48,704 nucleotides of DNA, taken from NCBI GenBank assembly GCA_964617785.1, contig CAZTYY010000002.1, positions 1-48,704 of the forward strand, written 5' to 3'. The translations under genes and the position numbers were made by a program. This document shows positions 1 to 10,480 of this stretch, piece after piece (the stretch's first letter is position 1; each line of letters begins with the position of its first letter). Origin of the DNA: an uncultured Desulfobacterales bacterium (lineage in GTDB: Bacteria; Desulfobacterota; Desulfobacteria; Desulfobacterales; SURF-7). The notes below the pieces were generated by a model, which was not told where the DNA came from, did not search any database, and worked only from the letters and a program-made list of their open reading frames with translations.

Positions 1-137
1 CTGCAACATACTGAAAATGTAATTATTAAAAAATATTTCAAGTGATCTGGATAGAATTTCATACAATCTTTCCGATTGTTCTATTTTGAAAAAGCGAGAT
101 AGGATAAATGCATTTTTTGTGACCGGGAGAACGCTGA

Positions 138-2090
138 ATGGTTAAAAAAACGACTTACAATAAAATGGAAAAAAAGATTGAAAAAAGCAAAGGTCTGTTT
201 AAAACCTTTGCTGACAGCAGCAAATCAGCCATATTTATTATTCAGGATGAATATTTTATTTATACAAACCAGGCAATGCAGGATATTACAGGCTATTCGG
301 GAACGGAGCTCCTGTCCATGAAATTCTGGGACACTGTTCACCCGGACATAAAAGAAATTGTAAAAGAAAGGGGATTTACGCAGAAAAAAGAGGAAAACCC
401 GATTGCACGGTATGATATCCATTTACGCCATAAATCAGGAGAAAGCAGGTGGGTTGACTACACCGGAGAAGACTTTGTTTTTGACGGAAAAATGTCCATA
501 TTCGGGACGGCATTTGAGATAACCGAAAAAAAAATAGCGCAGGACGCCTTGATCGAAAGTGAGGCGAGATATCATGACATCATTGAAAACATGGAAGACG
601 GCTACTACGAGATTGACCTGGCCGGGAATTTTACTTTTTTTAATAATGCCATGACCAGGATATTCGGATACACTAATCAGGAACTGTTTGGAATGAATAA
701 CAGGGATTATACAACCCCTGAAACAGCTAAACGGATGCTTCATGTCTTCAACATGGTTTATAAAACAGGCAAATCCTCACGTATTTTTGATTATGAAATT
801 ATTATAAAAGACAACACTGCAAGAAGCCTTGAAGTATCAGCATCCCTTATAAAAGACATGAAGGGAATGCCGACCGGGTTCCGCGGAATTGCCCGTGACA
901 AAACAGATATCACCAAAGCTGAAAAGGAAAAAAAAGAGCTTGAAAAACAACTAAACCAGGTTCTTAGAATGGAGGCGATCGGAACACTTGCAGGGGGTAT
1001 TGCACATGACTTTAACAATATCCTGACCGGGATACATGGATATATATCGATACTGAAACTTAAAACAGAACTTGAAAAGGAGCACCCGAACTACAAGAAA
1101 CTATTGCGAATTGATGAACTTGTTCAGAGCGGTGCAGATCTCACCCGACAGCTTCTGGGCTTTGCCATGGGTGGAAAATATCAGGTTAGACCGGCTAATA
1201 TTAACAACATCATCGCTAAAAGCCTTAATATGATAAGCCGGACGAATAAAAAAATTAGAGTTAACAAACAGTTACAGGAAGACACCTGGACAATAGAAGC
1301 CGACGCGAGCCAGATCGAACAGGTAATGCTTAATCTTTATCTTAATGCTGCCCATGCCATGCCCGAAGGCGGGGATCTCTCCATCGAGACTGAGAATGCA
1401 TTTGTAGATTCGAATTCAGCCGTACATCTTGATCTGACTCCGGGCAAGTATGTTAGGGTTTTGGTTTCGGACACCGGTATTGGCATGGATCAAAAGATCC
1501 TGGATAAAATTTTTGAGCCCTTTTTTACCACAAAGGAAATGGGAAGGGGCACCGGTCTCGGCCTTGCCTCAGCTTACGGTATCATAAAGAATCACAATGG
1601 GAAAATTAGCGCTGAAAGCACTGAGGACAAAGGCACGGCATTCACAATCTATCTTCCGGCATCAAATAAAAAAATTGCTGTCATCAAAGAACAAGATGAA
1701 ACCAGCCTGATGACAGGGTCTGAAACAATCCTTTTAGTCGATGATGAAAAAACCGTCAGGCAGGTTGAAGAAGAAATTATCAGTGCAATCGGATACAAGG
1801 TGATCGCAGCTTCAAGCGGAAAAGAAGCTGTTGATATTTACAAGGTGCAAAAGGATGAAATCGATATTGTGGTGCTGGACATGATCATGCCTGAAATGGG
1901 GGGCGAAAAAACGTTTCAAGCCCTGAAGCGAATAAACCCGGATGTCAATGTTCTTATCGTCAGCGGTTACAGTGTAACGGATCAGGCCACCAGAATTCTT
2001 GAGCAGGGAATCGGGGAGTATATTCAAAAACCGTTCGGCATGAAAAGTCTGTCACAAAAACTGAGGGAAGTACTTGATAAAAGGATATAG
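138..2090 (+). CDS. Hybrid sensor histidine kinase (PAS-PAS-HisKA-HATPase_c-receiver)
   Basis: 650-aa ORF. Two PAS-like segments in the N-terminal half. H-box GGIAHDFNNILTGIHGY. ATPase motifs LNLYLNAAHAM, DTGIGMD, GRGTGLGLA. C-terminal receiver ILLVDDE...VVLDMIMPEMGG...IQKPF. GGGAGA RBS-like element just upstream of the ATG. Confidence 0.9.
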   Translation: MVKKTTYNKMEKKIEKSKGLFKTFADSSKSAIFIIQDEYFIYTNQAMQDITGYSGTELLSMKFWDTVHPDIKEIVKERGFTQKKEENPIARYDIHLRHKSGESRWVDYTGEDFVFDGKMSIFGTAFEITEKKIAQDALIESEARYHDIIENMEDGYYEIDLAGNFTFFNNAMTRIFGYTNQELFGMNNRDYTTPETAKRMLHVFNMVYKTGKSSRIFDYEIIIKDNTARSLEVSASLIKDMKGMPTGFRGIARDKTDITKAEKEKKELEKQLNQVLRMEAIGTLAGGIAHDFNNILTGIHGYISILKLKTELEKEHPNYKKLLRIDELVQSGADLTRQLLGFAMGGKYQVRPANINNIIAKSLNMISRTNKKIRVNKQLQEDTWTIEADASQIEQVMLNLYLNAAHAMPEGGDLSIETENAFVDSNSAVHLDLTPGKYVRVLVSDTGIGMDQKILDKIFEPFFTTKEMGRGTGLGLASAYGIIKNHNGKISAESTEDKGTAFTIYLPASNKKIAVIKEQDETSLMTGSETILLVDDEKTVRQVEEEIISAIGYKVIAASSGKEAVDIYKVQKDEIDIVVLDMIMPEMGGEKTFQALKRINPDVNVLIVSGYSVTDQATRILEQGIGEYIQKPFGMKSLSQKLREVLDKRI

Positions 2091-2127
2091 AGATTAATCA
2101 AGTCTACCGGGAACTTGAACCGCGACT

Positions 2128-3405
2128 CTATTTAATTCCAAAGTAATCCACCAACCCCAGGCTCAACTCCGGTACATACGTAATAATCATGAGACCTGCA
2201 AACAGGATAATCAAAAACGGTATTGAAGCCCTGTAAAGAGTGGTGACCGGTTTTTTAAACCTGAAGCAGGATATAAAAAGGTTCATTCCTACGGGCGGCG
2301 TTGAATACCCTATTTCAAGGTTGGTCAGGAAAATAATACCGAGATGAACCGGATTCACATTATAACTTATGGCGATCGGCAAAATCAGGGGAACCACAAC
2401 CAGCAAGGCTGAATATATATCCAGAACACATCCGACGATTAGGAGAAAAATATTGAGAATGATCAGAAATACAAATCGTGAAGAAATATGTTTCTCCATA
2501 ACATCGAGAATTACCATCGGAACCCGTGCATCTATAATATAGTTCGTCAGGCCATATGCCGAACCGAGAATTACAAGAATCCCTCCAACCAGTATCATGC
2601 TTCTTGTCATGATGTCTGGAATCTCAGTTATCCTTATATCCCTGTAAATAACAACTTCTATAAAAAGGGCATATACGATGGTGATGGTTGCCACTTCACC
2701 CAGGGTAACAAACCCGCCGTAAATACCGATGATGATGATAAAGGGAATGAGCAGCTCCCACTTGGTATCATAAGTGGCTCTCAGGACTTCTTTGAAGGAG
2801 AATTTGCTTTTGACGGCTTTTTCTTTTTTCGCCGTCAATATACTGTAACCCGCGAGAAGTAAAATCAACAGAATCCCGGGTATCAGTCCTGCTGCAAAAA
2901 GCTGATTGATACTGGTTTCCGAAACAACCCCGTAAAGAATAATCGGCAGGCTCGGCGGGAATAAGAGTCCGAGACTTCCCGAAGATGTTAAAAGGCCCAG
3001 AGAAAATTTCTCCGGGTATTTTTCTTTTATAAGGGCCGGATAGAGTAATCCGCCAAGGGCGATGATAGTAACGCCGGAGGCCCCCGTAAATGCAGTAAAA
3101 AAAGCGCATACTGCAAGCGACACAATAGCAAGTCCTCCGGGAAGCCAACCGAGAACAGCCCGTGAAAAATTGACGATGCGTACGGATGTTTTGCTTTCCG
3201 CAAGGATATAACCCGCAAATGTAAAAAGAGGAATTGTGTATAGAAGCGGTGTGTTTGAAAATTTATTGTATATATCAACAATGATAACGGCTATAGGTAT
3301 ATCAGCCAGATAAAAGCCGAGCATTGCAAAGGATGATATAACGAGAAAAACCGGGGCTCCGAGAACCGCCATAAGGGTGATGACCGCAACGACAAATAGA
3401 GTCAA
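2128..3405 (-). CDS. TRAP transporter large permease subunit (DctM family)
   Basis: 425-aa polytopic membrane ORF with typical DctM-like sequence. It starts 3 nt after the DctQ-like ORF stop, as in TRAP operons. Confidence 0.88.
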   Translation of the reverse strand: MTLFVVAVITLMAVLGAPVFLVISSFAMLGFYLADIPIAVIIVDIYNKFSNTPLLYTIPLFTFAGYILAESKTSVRIVNFSRAVLGWLPGGLAIVSLAVCAFFTAFTGASGVTIIALGGLLYPALIKEKYPEKFSLGLLTSSGSLGLLFPPSLPIILYGVVSETSINQLFAAGLIPGILLILLLAGYSILTAKKEKAVKSKFSFKEVLRATYDTKWELLIPFIIIIGIYGGFVTLGEVATITIVYALFIEVVIYRDIRITEIPDIMTRSMILVGGILVILGSAYGLTNYIIDARVPMVILDVMEKHISSRFVFLIILNIFLLIVGCVLDIYSALLVVVPLILPIAISYNVNPVHLGIIFLTNLEIGYSTPPVGMNLFISCFRFKKPVTTLYRASIPFLIILFAGLMIITYVPELSLGLVDYFGIK

Positions 3406-3408
3406 CTG

Positions 3409-3933
3409 TCAGCTTCCTTTCACAAGTGTAGAAATATTCAACAACAACTGCAGCGTAAACCTGAACGCAATGATGAGAAAACCGACTGGAATGATAAGCT
3501 CCATAACCCATACGGGAATCTGTAAAAACGGAATCACCTCCCCTGTTTCATATTCGATGGAAACAAATGAGTAAGCGGCGTATACAAGACCTGAACATAC
3601 GGCGACCGAAAATATATCGACCAAAATCTGTGCAATCGATTTTATTTTGTCCGGAAGTATCTTTGATGCAATATCAATCCGGATATGACTTTTTTCCTTT
3701 GTGGCCAGACCCGCACCGAGAAACCCAACCCATAAGACGAGATGTTTAACAAGTGAATCGCTGCCAACAATTCCACTGTTATAAAAATTGCGCAAAACAA
3801 TCTGGATAAAAACGAGTGTTACCATTCCGCCCAGACATGTGGACACAAAAAACTTTTCGATCCCTGTCAGCACACCGGATATCTTATTCCACCACCCTTT
3901 TGAACAATTCATATCGTTCATATTATCCATCAT
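3409..3933 (-). CDS. TRAP transporter small permease subunit (DctQ family)
   Basis: 174-aa ORF with about 4 hydrophobic helices, immediately upstream of the DctM-like gene and downstream of the TatT-like gene. Confidence 0.78.
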   Translation of the reverse strand: MMDNMNDMNCSKGWWNKISGVLTGIEKFFVSTCLGGMVTLVFIQIVLRNFYNSGIVGSDSLVKHLVLWVGFLGAGLATKEKSHIRIDIASKILPDKIKSIAQILVDIFSVAVCSGLVYAAYSFVSIEYETGEVIPFLQIPVWVMELIIPVGFLIIAFRFTLQLLLNISTLVKGS

Positions 3934-3951
3934 TTTTACCGATGCCTTTGC

Positions 3952-4836
3952 CTAAAAATATTCATCCGCCTGTGCTAACAATTCTTTGGCCTTCTTTCGT
4001 GTAATTTCATTTGCAAGATTTTTTTCAGGAAGAAGATTGGGTGGTGCTGAAATCACCTTGTTTAGTATTTCAACAAAAAGTGCCCTATCCTGAATCTGGA
4101 CCGCATAGTATCTTGCATACAAAAGGAAGAATGGAAGATATTTCGATTCTGATATCTCAAACGCCTTGTCAAAATGGTATTTTGCCTTTACCGGCTTTCC
4201 TCCAAGCGTTACGGACCTTGCCGCATTGTAAGCCCCGAATCCGGCGTGAATACTGCCGTACATGAAAGTTTCATCAAGCTCCAGGGCTCTTTCCATCATA
4301 GCTTCTACTTTCGGCAAATCCATGAGCGCTTCAGGATCACTCAAGCTTAGGCCGATCCATTGTATCCAGGCACTTGAAGCAAAAAAAAGGGCCGGGACAT
4401 CCTCTTTTTCAAAACTTTTAAGCGATCCGATAAAATCATCCAAAGACTTGTCAAACGCCTCCCTGAACGTGTCATTCCGTTTCAGCGCCCGGACAGAATA
4501 ATCCCTGGCCTTTTGAAAAAACATCCTTTTTCGTTTTTTATCCTTCACAAATGCAAATGCATATCCGGCATTTGCTTCCGCAGCCCTTAATAATAGGTCG
4601 GGGTTGTCCGGCGATATTTCAATAAAACCGTCAAGCTGGACAAGGCTTGCGGGCATGGCATCTCTCAGTAATTCAATGTCCGTATTTTTGTTGGCGGCAA
4701 TTTTCATCTTGTCCATCATCGGTTTCATACCATCCACCATCATTTTTGTTCTTGTGGCGGCAGTACAACCCCAGATAAAAAAGACTGGAAGGAATACAAC
4801 AAGCAACCTGAATTTGACACTACGGAACATGCCCAT
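3952..4836 (-). CDS. TRAP-transporter-associated TatT-family TPR-like lipoprotein
   Basis: Signal peptide with a Cys (VFFIWGC). Helical-repeat body with TatT-family-like stretches (LLRDAMPASLVQLDGFIE..., LPKVEAMMERALELDETF..., ARYYAVQIQDRALFVEIL). Start placed at the ATG preceded by AAGGAG (MGMFRSV...); the track ORF extends to 4863. Confidence 0.75.
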   Translation of the reverse strand: MGMFRSVKFRLLVVFLPVFFIWGCTAATRTKMMVDGMKPMMDKMKIAANKNTDIELLRDAMPASLVQLDGFIEISPDNPDLLLRAAEANAGYAFAFVKDKKRKRMFFQKARDYSVRALKRNDTFREAFDKSLDDFIGSLKSFEKEDVPALFFASSAWIQWIGLSLSDPEALMDLPKVEAMMERALELDETFMYGSIHAGFGAYNAARSVTLGGKPVKAKYHFDKAFEISESKYLPFFLLYARYYAVQIQDRALFVEILNKVISAPPNLLPEKNLANEITRKKAKELLAQADEYF

Positions 4837-4947
4837 AGAATTTTCTCCTTTTTTATAAGTCAAGTCACAGCAAGATGCTTAACATCGATCATTATCAAAA
4901 ATATTTATTTCAAAACAGCTGTTATGTAACAACGAGTTCACCCTTCG

Positions 4948-6831
4948 TCAAGTGCCTTCTTTCAATCGGGTAGTATTAAAAGTGTTAAAATGACCCCACA
5001 AAGAATCAAACAGCCCAGATGCCCGTTCAATTTTTCCTGCAACCCCTTGTTTGAAGATATTATCATCAGACAGGATTTCAACTTCCGACTTTGCCCGTGT
5101 TATTCCAGTATAAATCAATTCTCTTGTCAGTATGGGTGAAACTCTATCCGGAAGGATAACCAGGATACGGTCATATTCGGATCCCTGGCTTTTATGGGCT
5201 GTCAGGGCATAGGCGGTTTCACAACCTGAAAGTCGATGCGGATGAATTTTTCTAAGGCCATCGCCATCCTTAAAAAATACATATAAGGAACCATTGCTGT
5301 CCTGATCTGATAGGGCAATCCCTGTATCCCCGTTAAACAGGCCCAAATTATAATCATTTACGGTCATCATGACAGGTCTTCCCGGATACCATGCATCTTT
5401 CGTCTGCATAAGGCCTTTTCTTTCAAGGATGGACTCTATAGCATGGTTTAAGGCGGCAACACCGTACGGCCCTTCCCGCAATACACAAAGTACTCTGAAT
5501 TCATCAAATTTATTAATTGCATCCATTGGATTTTTGGCATTAATAAAACCTTCATAGCCCTGGATAACGGTATCTGAAATGGCAGCTTCCAACTCACGAA
5601 CACTTGGGAGGCCTTTTAAGCAAATGTCTTCATATTTCACATCGTTTATCAGCGACAAAGACAGAAGACCATCTCCCTTTTTGACGGCCTTACTCACCGC
5701 CTCAATGCCGCTGCCTTCCTTAAACCTGAAACTTTGTTCCAGTTGTACAACAGAATCACTGATGCCATAAGGAAAATCACTGTCTTCCCCATAATTCAAT
5801 CCGCACCCTGTTGTTTCATTCAGTATAGCTTTGAATTTATCTGAAAACTTGTTTGTATCAAATGCTCCGCAAATATCGGCAAAAACAGATCCTGCCTCCA
5901 CTGAAGCCAATTGGTGGCGGTCGCCAATCAAAACTAGCTTTGCATCATCTCGTAGCGCCTCGAGCAATTTAGCCATTAAGGCAATATCAATCATTGATGC
6001 CTCGTCAATAATCACGACATCGGCATCAAGCCGGTTATTTTTATTATACTTGAAAAAAGGCGCGTTCGCTGTAGTGCCGAGCATTCTGTGAATAGTAAAG
6101 GCTTTTTCGGGGATCAAAACTTTTACAAAATCAGGGGCGTCAATCTTTTCCCCTGCTTTCTTTACTGATTCCCTGAGTCTTGCGGCAGACTTCCCGGTAG
6201 GCGCTGCAAGTATAATGTTAAGCCCTTCCCTTCCGGCCTGCTCCAGCAAAAGAGCAATGATGCCGGTAACGGTTGTGGTTTTCCCTGTTCCAGGCCCGCC
6301 TGAAATAACACACAATTGTTTATAAGCCGAAACAATTGCCGCTACCCTTTGCAAGTCCACACTACCGTCTTTTAACGACGATGGAAACAGCCTGTCCAGC
6401 CCTTTTACAAGAAGTATTCTGTCGGGGATCGGAACTTGTTGTTTTGCAATATGCTTTATATATTGTGCTATACTTTCCTGGTATCCGTAATATCGGTTAA
6501 GGTAAAGCCGTGAAGAAAAATCCAGAATAAGGGGCTTGAAGTCACCGGGCTTACCAACCACCGGACTTTTTCTCAAAATCTCCATCCACTCTTCATTTTC
6601 CGGAAAAGACTCACCAGCATACTCTTCCATTTCAGAAAGGTATGTCTTCTTTAATTCTCTGAAATCAAGGCAGACATGGCCCTTGTGCTTATAACTGCTG
6701 ACAAGGGCGGCGGCAAAAAACACAGCCTGATTATTCCGGTCGTCAAGAGATTGCATCAGGTTTGCAAAATGGATATCGAGTTCACTGAAAATCCCTTTTT
6801 CAATTAAATTGTCTTTTATACTCTTATTCAT
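4948..6831 (-). CDS. recD: Exodeoxyribonuclease V alpha subunit (RecD helicase)
   Basis: 627 aa. Walker A GGPGTGKTTT, Walker B VVIIDEASMID, C-terminal AYALTAHKSQGSEYD. Starts 5 nt after the recB stop. Confidence 0.92.
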   Translation of the reverse strand: MNKSIKDNLIEKGIFSELDIHFANLMQSLDDRNNQAVFFAAALVSSYKHKGHVCLDFRELKKTYLSEMEEYAGESFPENEEWMEILRKSPVVGKPGDFKPLILDFSSRLYLNRYYGYQESIAQYIKHIAKQQVPIPDRILLVKGLDRLFPSSLKDGSVDLQRVAAIVSAYKQLCVISGGPGTGKTTTVTGIIALLLEQAGREGLNIILAAPTGKSAARLRESVKKAGEKIDAPDFVKVLIPEKAFTIHRMLGTTANAPFFKYNKNNRLDADVVIIDEASMIDIALMAKLLEALRDDAKLVLIGDRHQLASVEAGSVFADICGAFDTNKFSDKFKAILNETTGCGLNYGEDSDFPYGISDSVVQLEQSFRFKEGSGIEAVSKAVKKGDGLLSLSLINDVKYEDICLKGLPSVRELEAAISDTVIQGYEGFINAKNPMDAINKFDEFRVLCVLREGPYGVAALNHAIESILERKGLMQTKDAWYPGRPVMMTVNDYNLGLFNGDTGIALSDQDSNGSLYVFFKDGDGLRKIHPHRLSGCETAYALTAHKSQGSEYDRILVILPDRVSPILTRELIYTGITRAKSEVEILSDDNIFKQGVAGKIERASGLFDSLWGHFNTFNTTRLKEGT

Positions 6832-6836
6832 AACTT

Positions 6837-9800
6837 CTAATTTTCAAATACGCGGCATAATCTGTTAATCAGTATTTCGTCCGGCCTGTCATGATATATT
6901 CCGAAATCGTCATCGCCTTTTCCTGAAATACCGCGCAGGAAAATATAGTAGACCCCTCCAAAATTCTTTTCATAGCTGTATTCCGGTATTCTTGTTTTTA
7001 AATACTTATGAAGTGCCACCGCATAAATATGATACTGCAAAACATATAACCGGTGCTCCATCTCTTTCGAGAGAGCAGATACGCTATAATCATTGCGACT
7101 GTATCCAAGAAAGTTTGATTTCCAGTCAACAATATAAAACTTACCCTTGTAATGGAATACAAGATCGACAAACCCTTTCATATAGCCTGATACAGCTGAT
7201 GAGTCGAGCATATCGAGTTGATGAAAAAATTGGTTTGAGAAGACGGTTTTTGAACTATTCTCCGAAAAAACCTTTTTCAACTTACGGGGTGACATGGTAT
7301 TCAGAGGATAATAAAATTCAAGCTCATTCAGCCGATCTTTACCGCTGATGCACGTTAGCTTCAAGTCTTTATTATCTTTATCAAGCGGCACTGAAAGAAC
7401 ATTTTCAATCATCCTGCATACAGTATTTTTCCATTCGGCTTTGAAACCATATTCGTTCAGCTTCTGTTCCACAACTTGGACTGTATTCATTGATGACGGT
7501 TCCGTGAATTCTATGTTTTCGAATATCTCATGAAGGCATGTCCCGGCTTTTGCCCCTTTTGGAAAAAGAAATACATGGTCGATCTCTTTATGATCCTGTG
7601 AATTCCACTCTACATTATCAAACATTCCTGAATCTTTTCCGCTAAACAATCCATCATGGTCTGCTGCATCATCACCATGTCGGCGATGCGCTATGGAAGA
7701 AAAGCTCGAAACACGCCAGCTTCGTTCTGTTTTTCCGTTAAACTCTCTGGCAAGAAGCTTTTCTGTCTTATGACGGATTGGTTTATAGGGTTTGCCATTT
7801 TTTAGTGGAAGCTCAGTTATGCTGATTGAGCCGGCTGAATTTGCTGAAAGTCTGAAAAGATCTTTTGATAATGCGTTTTCATCAAAAGACAGGTAGCGAT
7901 CTTTAACCCTTTGCGCCATATCTCCTTCATTGGGTTTTGGTTGATGAAAAAGATATGCGGGCGCTGATGTCTCAGCTTTATTCAACTTCCCCCATACCAT
8001 ATAACACCGGTTTTTGGCCCGGGTTAAGGCAACATAAACAAGCCGTAGATTTTCAGCAAGCAATTCCCTCTCAGCAAGAAAACGACTTGTGTCAAGCTGT
8101 TTTGAACCGACATCGAGAGTCAGTTTCATCTGGTCATTCATATCGTGAAACAGAACCGGGTTGTTTTTCCTTAAGCTCGATTTGCCCCAAAGAAACGGGC
8201 AAAAAACGACTGGAAATTCAAGGCCCTTGCTTTTATGTATGGTAATAATCTTTACCGCATTTTCATCACTTTCAAGGCGAAGCTGTTCTTCCCGCAGTCT
8301 GATCTGCATGGGGTCCAACTGTCTTTGGAACCATTTCAACAGGTCTTCTGTATCGATTTTGGCTTCCGCACTTTTCCTTTGAAGAATTTCGGCAAGATGC
8401 AGTATATTGGTTATCCTTCGTTCCCCATCGGTGAAAGCGATGAGTCTTGTCATGATTTTTTCCAGACGCAACAACTTTCTGAACATCTTCATGAATCCCT
8501 GCATTTGCCACAGATCCCGACAGTTCAGGAATATCTCTCTATGTTCCTCAATCGCTTCATACTTCTCAGTATCATGAAAAAGATCTTTGTCGGAAACGCC
8601 TATCATTTCAGTTGCGAGTGCGGCTTTTAAAACAGCATCTTTATCTGCACGAATAATTCCAGCCAGCACTCTTTCCAGTTCCTTTGCTTCTCTTGATTCT
8701 AAAACATTCCCGCTGCCGTATACCACTCCAGGAATATTCAATTGGTTTAAAGATTCCTTGACAATTTCCGCCTCGGCATTTGTTCTGACAAGAACCGCCG
8801 CATCTCCTGATGTAAAAGATCTATCTCCGATAGATACGTTTCCTTTGTCTGACAAATATAGCAGTCTGGATATCTCTCCTGCGACAGCATCTGCTATGAC
8901 CCGGTCGCCCTCACGGTCTATTGATTGTCGCCTAATTTCTCCTTTAGCATAGTTATTGTTTTCTGCATTGAACTGCCACACAATAAACGGTTTTTTATCT
9001 TCACCTGATATGGAAAGCTCTTCAGGGTTTATCTTAATTTCAGGGGGACTGACCGTCTCAAACCTTATGCCTTCAAACAGGAAAGGGTTTGAAGCATTAT
9101 TAAAAAGTGTGTTTACCGCAGTTATAAATAAAGATTCAGATCTATAGTTCTCTTTCAGTGTATAACGCTTTTGCACCATTTTTGCAGCCTGCATATACGT
9201 GAAGATATCAGCTCCTCTGAATCCGTATATGGCCTGTTTTGGATCACCGATGAGAAAAAGAATACTATTTCCTTCACCAAAAACCTTATGAAATATAGCG
9301 TACTGTATTGGATCGGTATCTTGAAACTCGTCTATCAGGGCTGCGCCGTAAGCTCTCCTGATTGCTTCTGACAGCAAATTACCCTTTTCCCCAAGAAGCG
9401 CTTCATGAACATCGGTGAGAAGGTCATTAAACGACCTGACATTTTCCGCTTGTTTCCGTCTTGTCATTTCACTCTTGATAAAATCGATTAAATCCTTTTT
9501 CAATCCAACCAGCATATTGTCATAAACCGCTTCAAGTGCTTCGCTGTTGCTCTTCAATGCTTCACACATATCGAAAAAATTATGTTGGGGTGCGATACAG
9601 TCTTTTTTAATTGAATTAGCAATCTTGCTTTTCGTAAATTTTTCAAAACCATCAAAAAGTGTGGGGTCTATTGCTGATGAAGACATTATTGCATCCATTT
9701 CCACAATAAGCTTTTGGATGGTTTTAACCCGGTATTGGCTTCGATTTATATTGCTGTCGTTTAAAAGAATGTGCGTGATCTCTTTCTTTGAGGAACGCCA

Positions 9801-10475
9801 TTCTATAGCTACAGCATTGAAGGTATCGCGATATCTGTTTTCAGCAAGCCCGGCATCGGTAATCTCCTGATCAGGTATGATCTTCAAGTCAGGGTGAGAT
9901 CTGCTGGTTCCAATGGAGGATAAAAGCGTGTCAGAATAAATTTTTTTCTCTATCAGATAATTAATTAGAAACCCTGGGGCCTTATACAAACGTTTTCTCC
10001 AGAAGTCTTCAGCTGTCTCTGTTTCCAGCTCGTCCTGGTTTTCTATCAAATCAGTATCAAACAGACTGCCGCTTTCAAAGGCGTTTTCATAAAGGGTACG
10101 CATGCAAAACCCGTGAATTGTGAATATGGACGCCTGATCAAAGCATCTTATCGCATCGTTGATACGATTAAGGGCATCATTGATATCCTCATTTTTTTTA
10201 ACAAGACTGTTAATAAATTCGTCATTGCTTGTGCCTGTTAAAAAAGCATCTCTTGTGGCAAGAAGCCGGCTCCTTATCCTTTCTTTAAGCTCCGCAGTTG
10301 CCGCTTCGGTATAGGTGACCACCAGTATCCTGTCCACCGTAAAATCTTTTTCAAGAATCAGCCGCAGAAACAGTCCGGTAATCGCATAAGTCTTTCCAGT
10401 ACCGGCACTTGCCTCAATCAGGTTTGCCCCTTTTAGAGGTGTATTCAGGAGATCAAATTTTTTCATTTCTGCCAT
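6837..10475 (-). CDS. recB: Exodeoxyribonuclease V beta subunit (RecB helicase-nuclease)
   Basis: About 1210 aa. UvrD-type motifs IEASAGTGKTY and LIDEFQDTD. C-terminal PD-(D/E)XK nuclease GFVDLVFHYKGKFYIVDWKSN and QYHIY. The track start at 10496 is a TTG inside recC; the first ATG (MAEMKKF) lies just after the recC stop. Confidence 0.92.
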   Translation of the reverse strand: MAEMKKFDLLNTPLKGANLIEASAGTGKTYAITGLFLRLILEKDFTVDRILVVTYTEAATAELKERIRSRLLATRDAFLTGTSNDEFINSLVKKNEDINDALNRINDAIRCFDQASIFTIHGFCMRTLYENAFESGSLFDTDLIENQDELETETAEDFWRKRLYKAPGFLINYLIEKKIYSDTLLSSIGTSRSHPDLKIIPDQEITDAGLAENRYRDTFNAVAIEWRSSKKEITHILLNDSNINRSQYRVKTIQKLIVEMDAIMSSSAIDPTLFDGFEKFTKSKIANSIKKDCIAPQHNFFDMCEALKSNSEALEAVYDNMLVGLKKDLIDFIKSEMTRRKQAENVRSFNDLLTDVHEALLGEKGNLLSEAIRRAYGAALIDEFQDTDPIQYAIFHKVFGEGNSILFLIGDPKQAIYGFRGADIFTYMQAAKMVQKRYTLKENYRSESLFITAVNTLFNNASNPFLFEGIRFETVSPPEIKINPEELSISGEDKKPFIVWQFNAENNNYAKGEIRRQSIDREGDRVIADAVAGEISRLLYLSDKGNVSIGDRSFTSGDAAVLVRTNAEAEIVKESLNQLNIPGVVYGSGNVLESREAKELERVLAGIIRADKDAVLKAALATEMIGVSDKDLFHDTEKYEAIEEHREIFLNCRDLWQMQGFMKMFRKLLRLEKIMTRLIAFTDGERRITNILHLAEILQRKSAEAKIDTEDLLKWFQRQLDPMQIRLREEQLRLESDENAVKIITIHKSKGLEFPVVFCPFLWGKSSLRKNNPVLFHDMNDQMKLTLDVGSKQLDTSRFLAERELLAENLRLVYVALTRAKNRCYMVWGKLNKAETSAPAYLFHQPKPNEGDMAQRVKDRYLSFDENALSKDLFRLSANSAGSISITELPLKNGKPYKPIRHKTEKLLAREFNGKTERSWRVSSFSSIAHRRHGDDAADHDGLFSGKDSGMFDNVEWNSQDHKEIDHVFLFPKGAKAGTCLHEIFENIEFTEPSSMNTVQVVEQKLNEYGFKAEWKNTVCRMIENVLSVPLDKDNKDLKLTCISGKDRLNELEFYYPLNTMSPRKLKKVFSENSSKTVFSNQFFHQLDMLDSSAVSGYMKGFVDLVFHYKGKFYIVDWKSNFLGYSRNDYSVSALSKEMEHRLYVLQYHIYAVALHKYLKTRIPEYSYEKNFGGVYYIFLRGISGKGDDDFGIYHDRPDEILINRLCRVFEN

Positions 10476-10480
10476 GGTTT

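Noticed and set aside
8235-8630. Plus-strand ORFs antisense to recB/recC/ileS/the 1473-aa gene and others (for example 8235-8630, 16514-16966, 18695-19141, 19703-20206, 28838-29215, 32187-32669, 41328-41750)
   Set aside because: All lie entirely within longer ORFs that have clear family signatures on the opposite strand. Their low-complexity, Ser/Leu/Arg-rich translations are typical of shadow frames.
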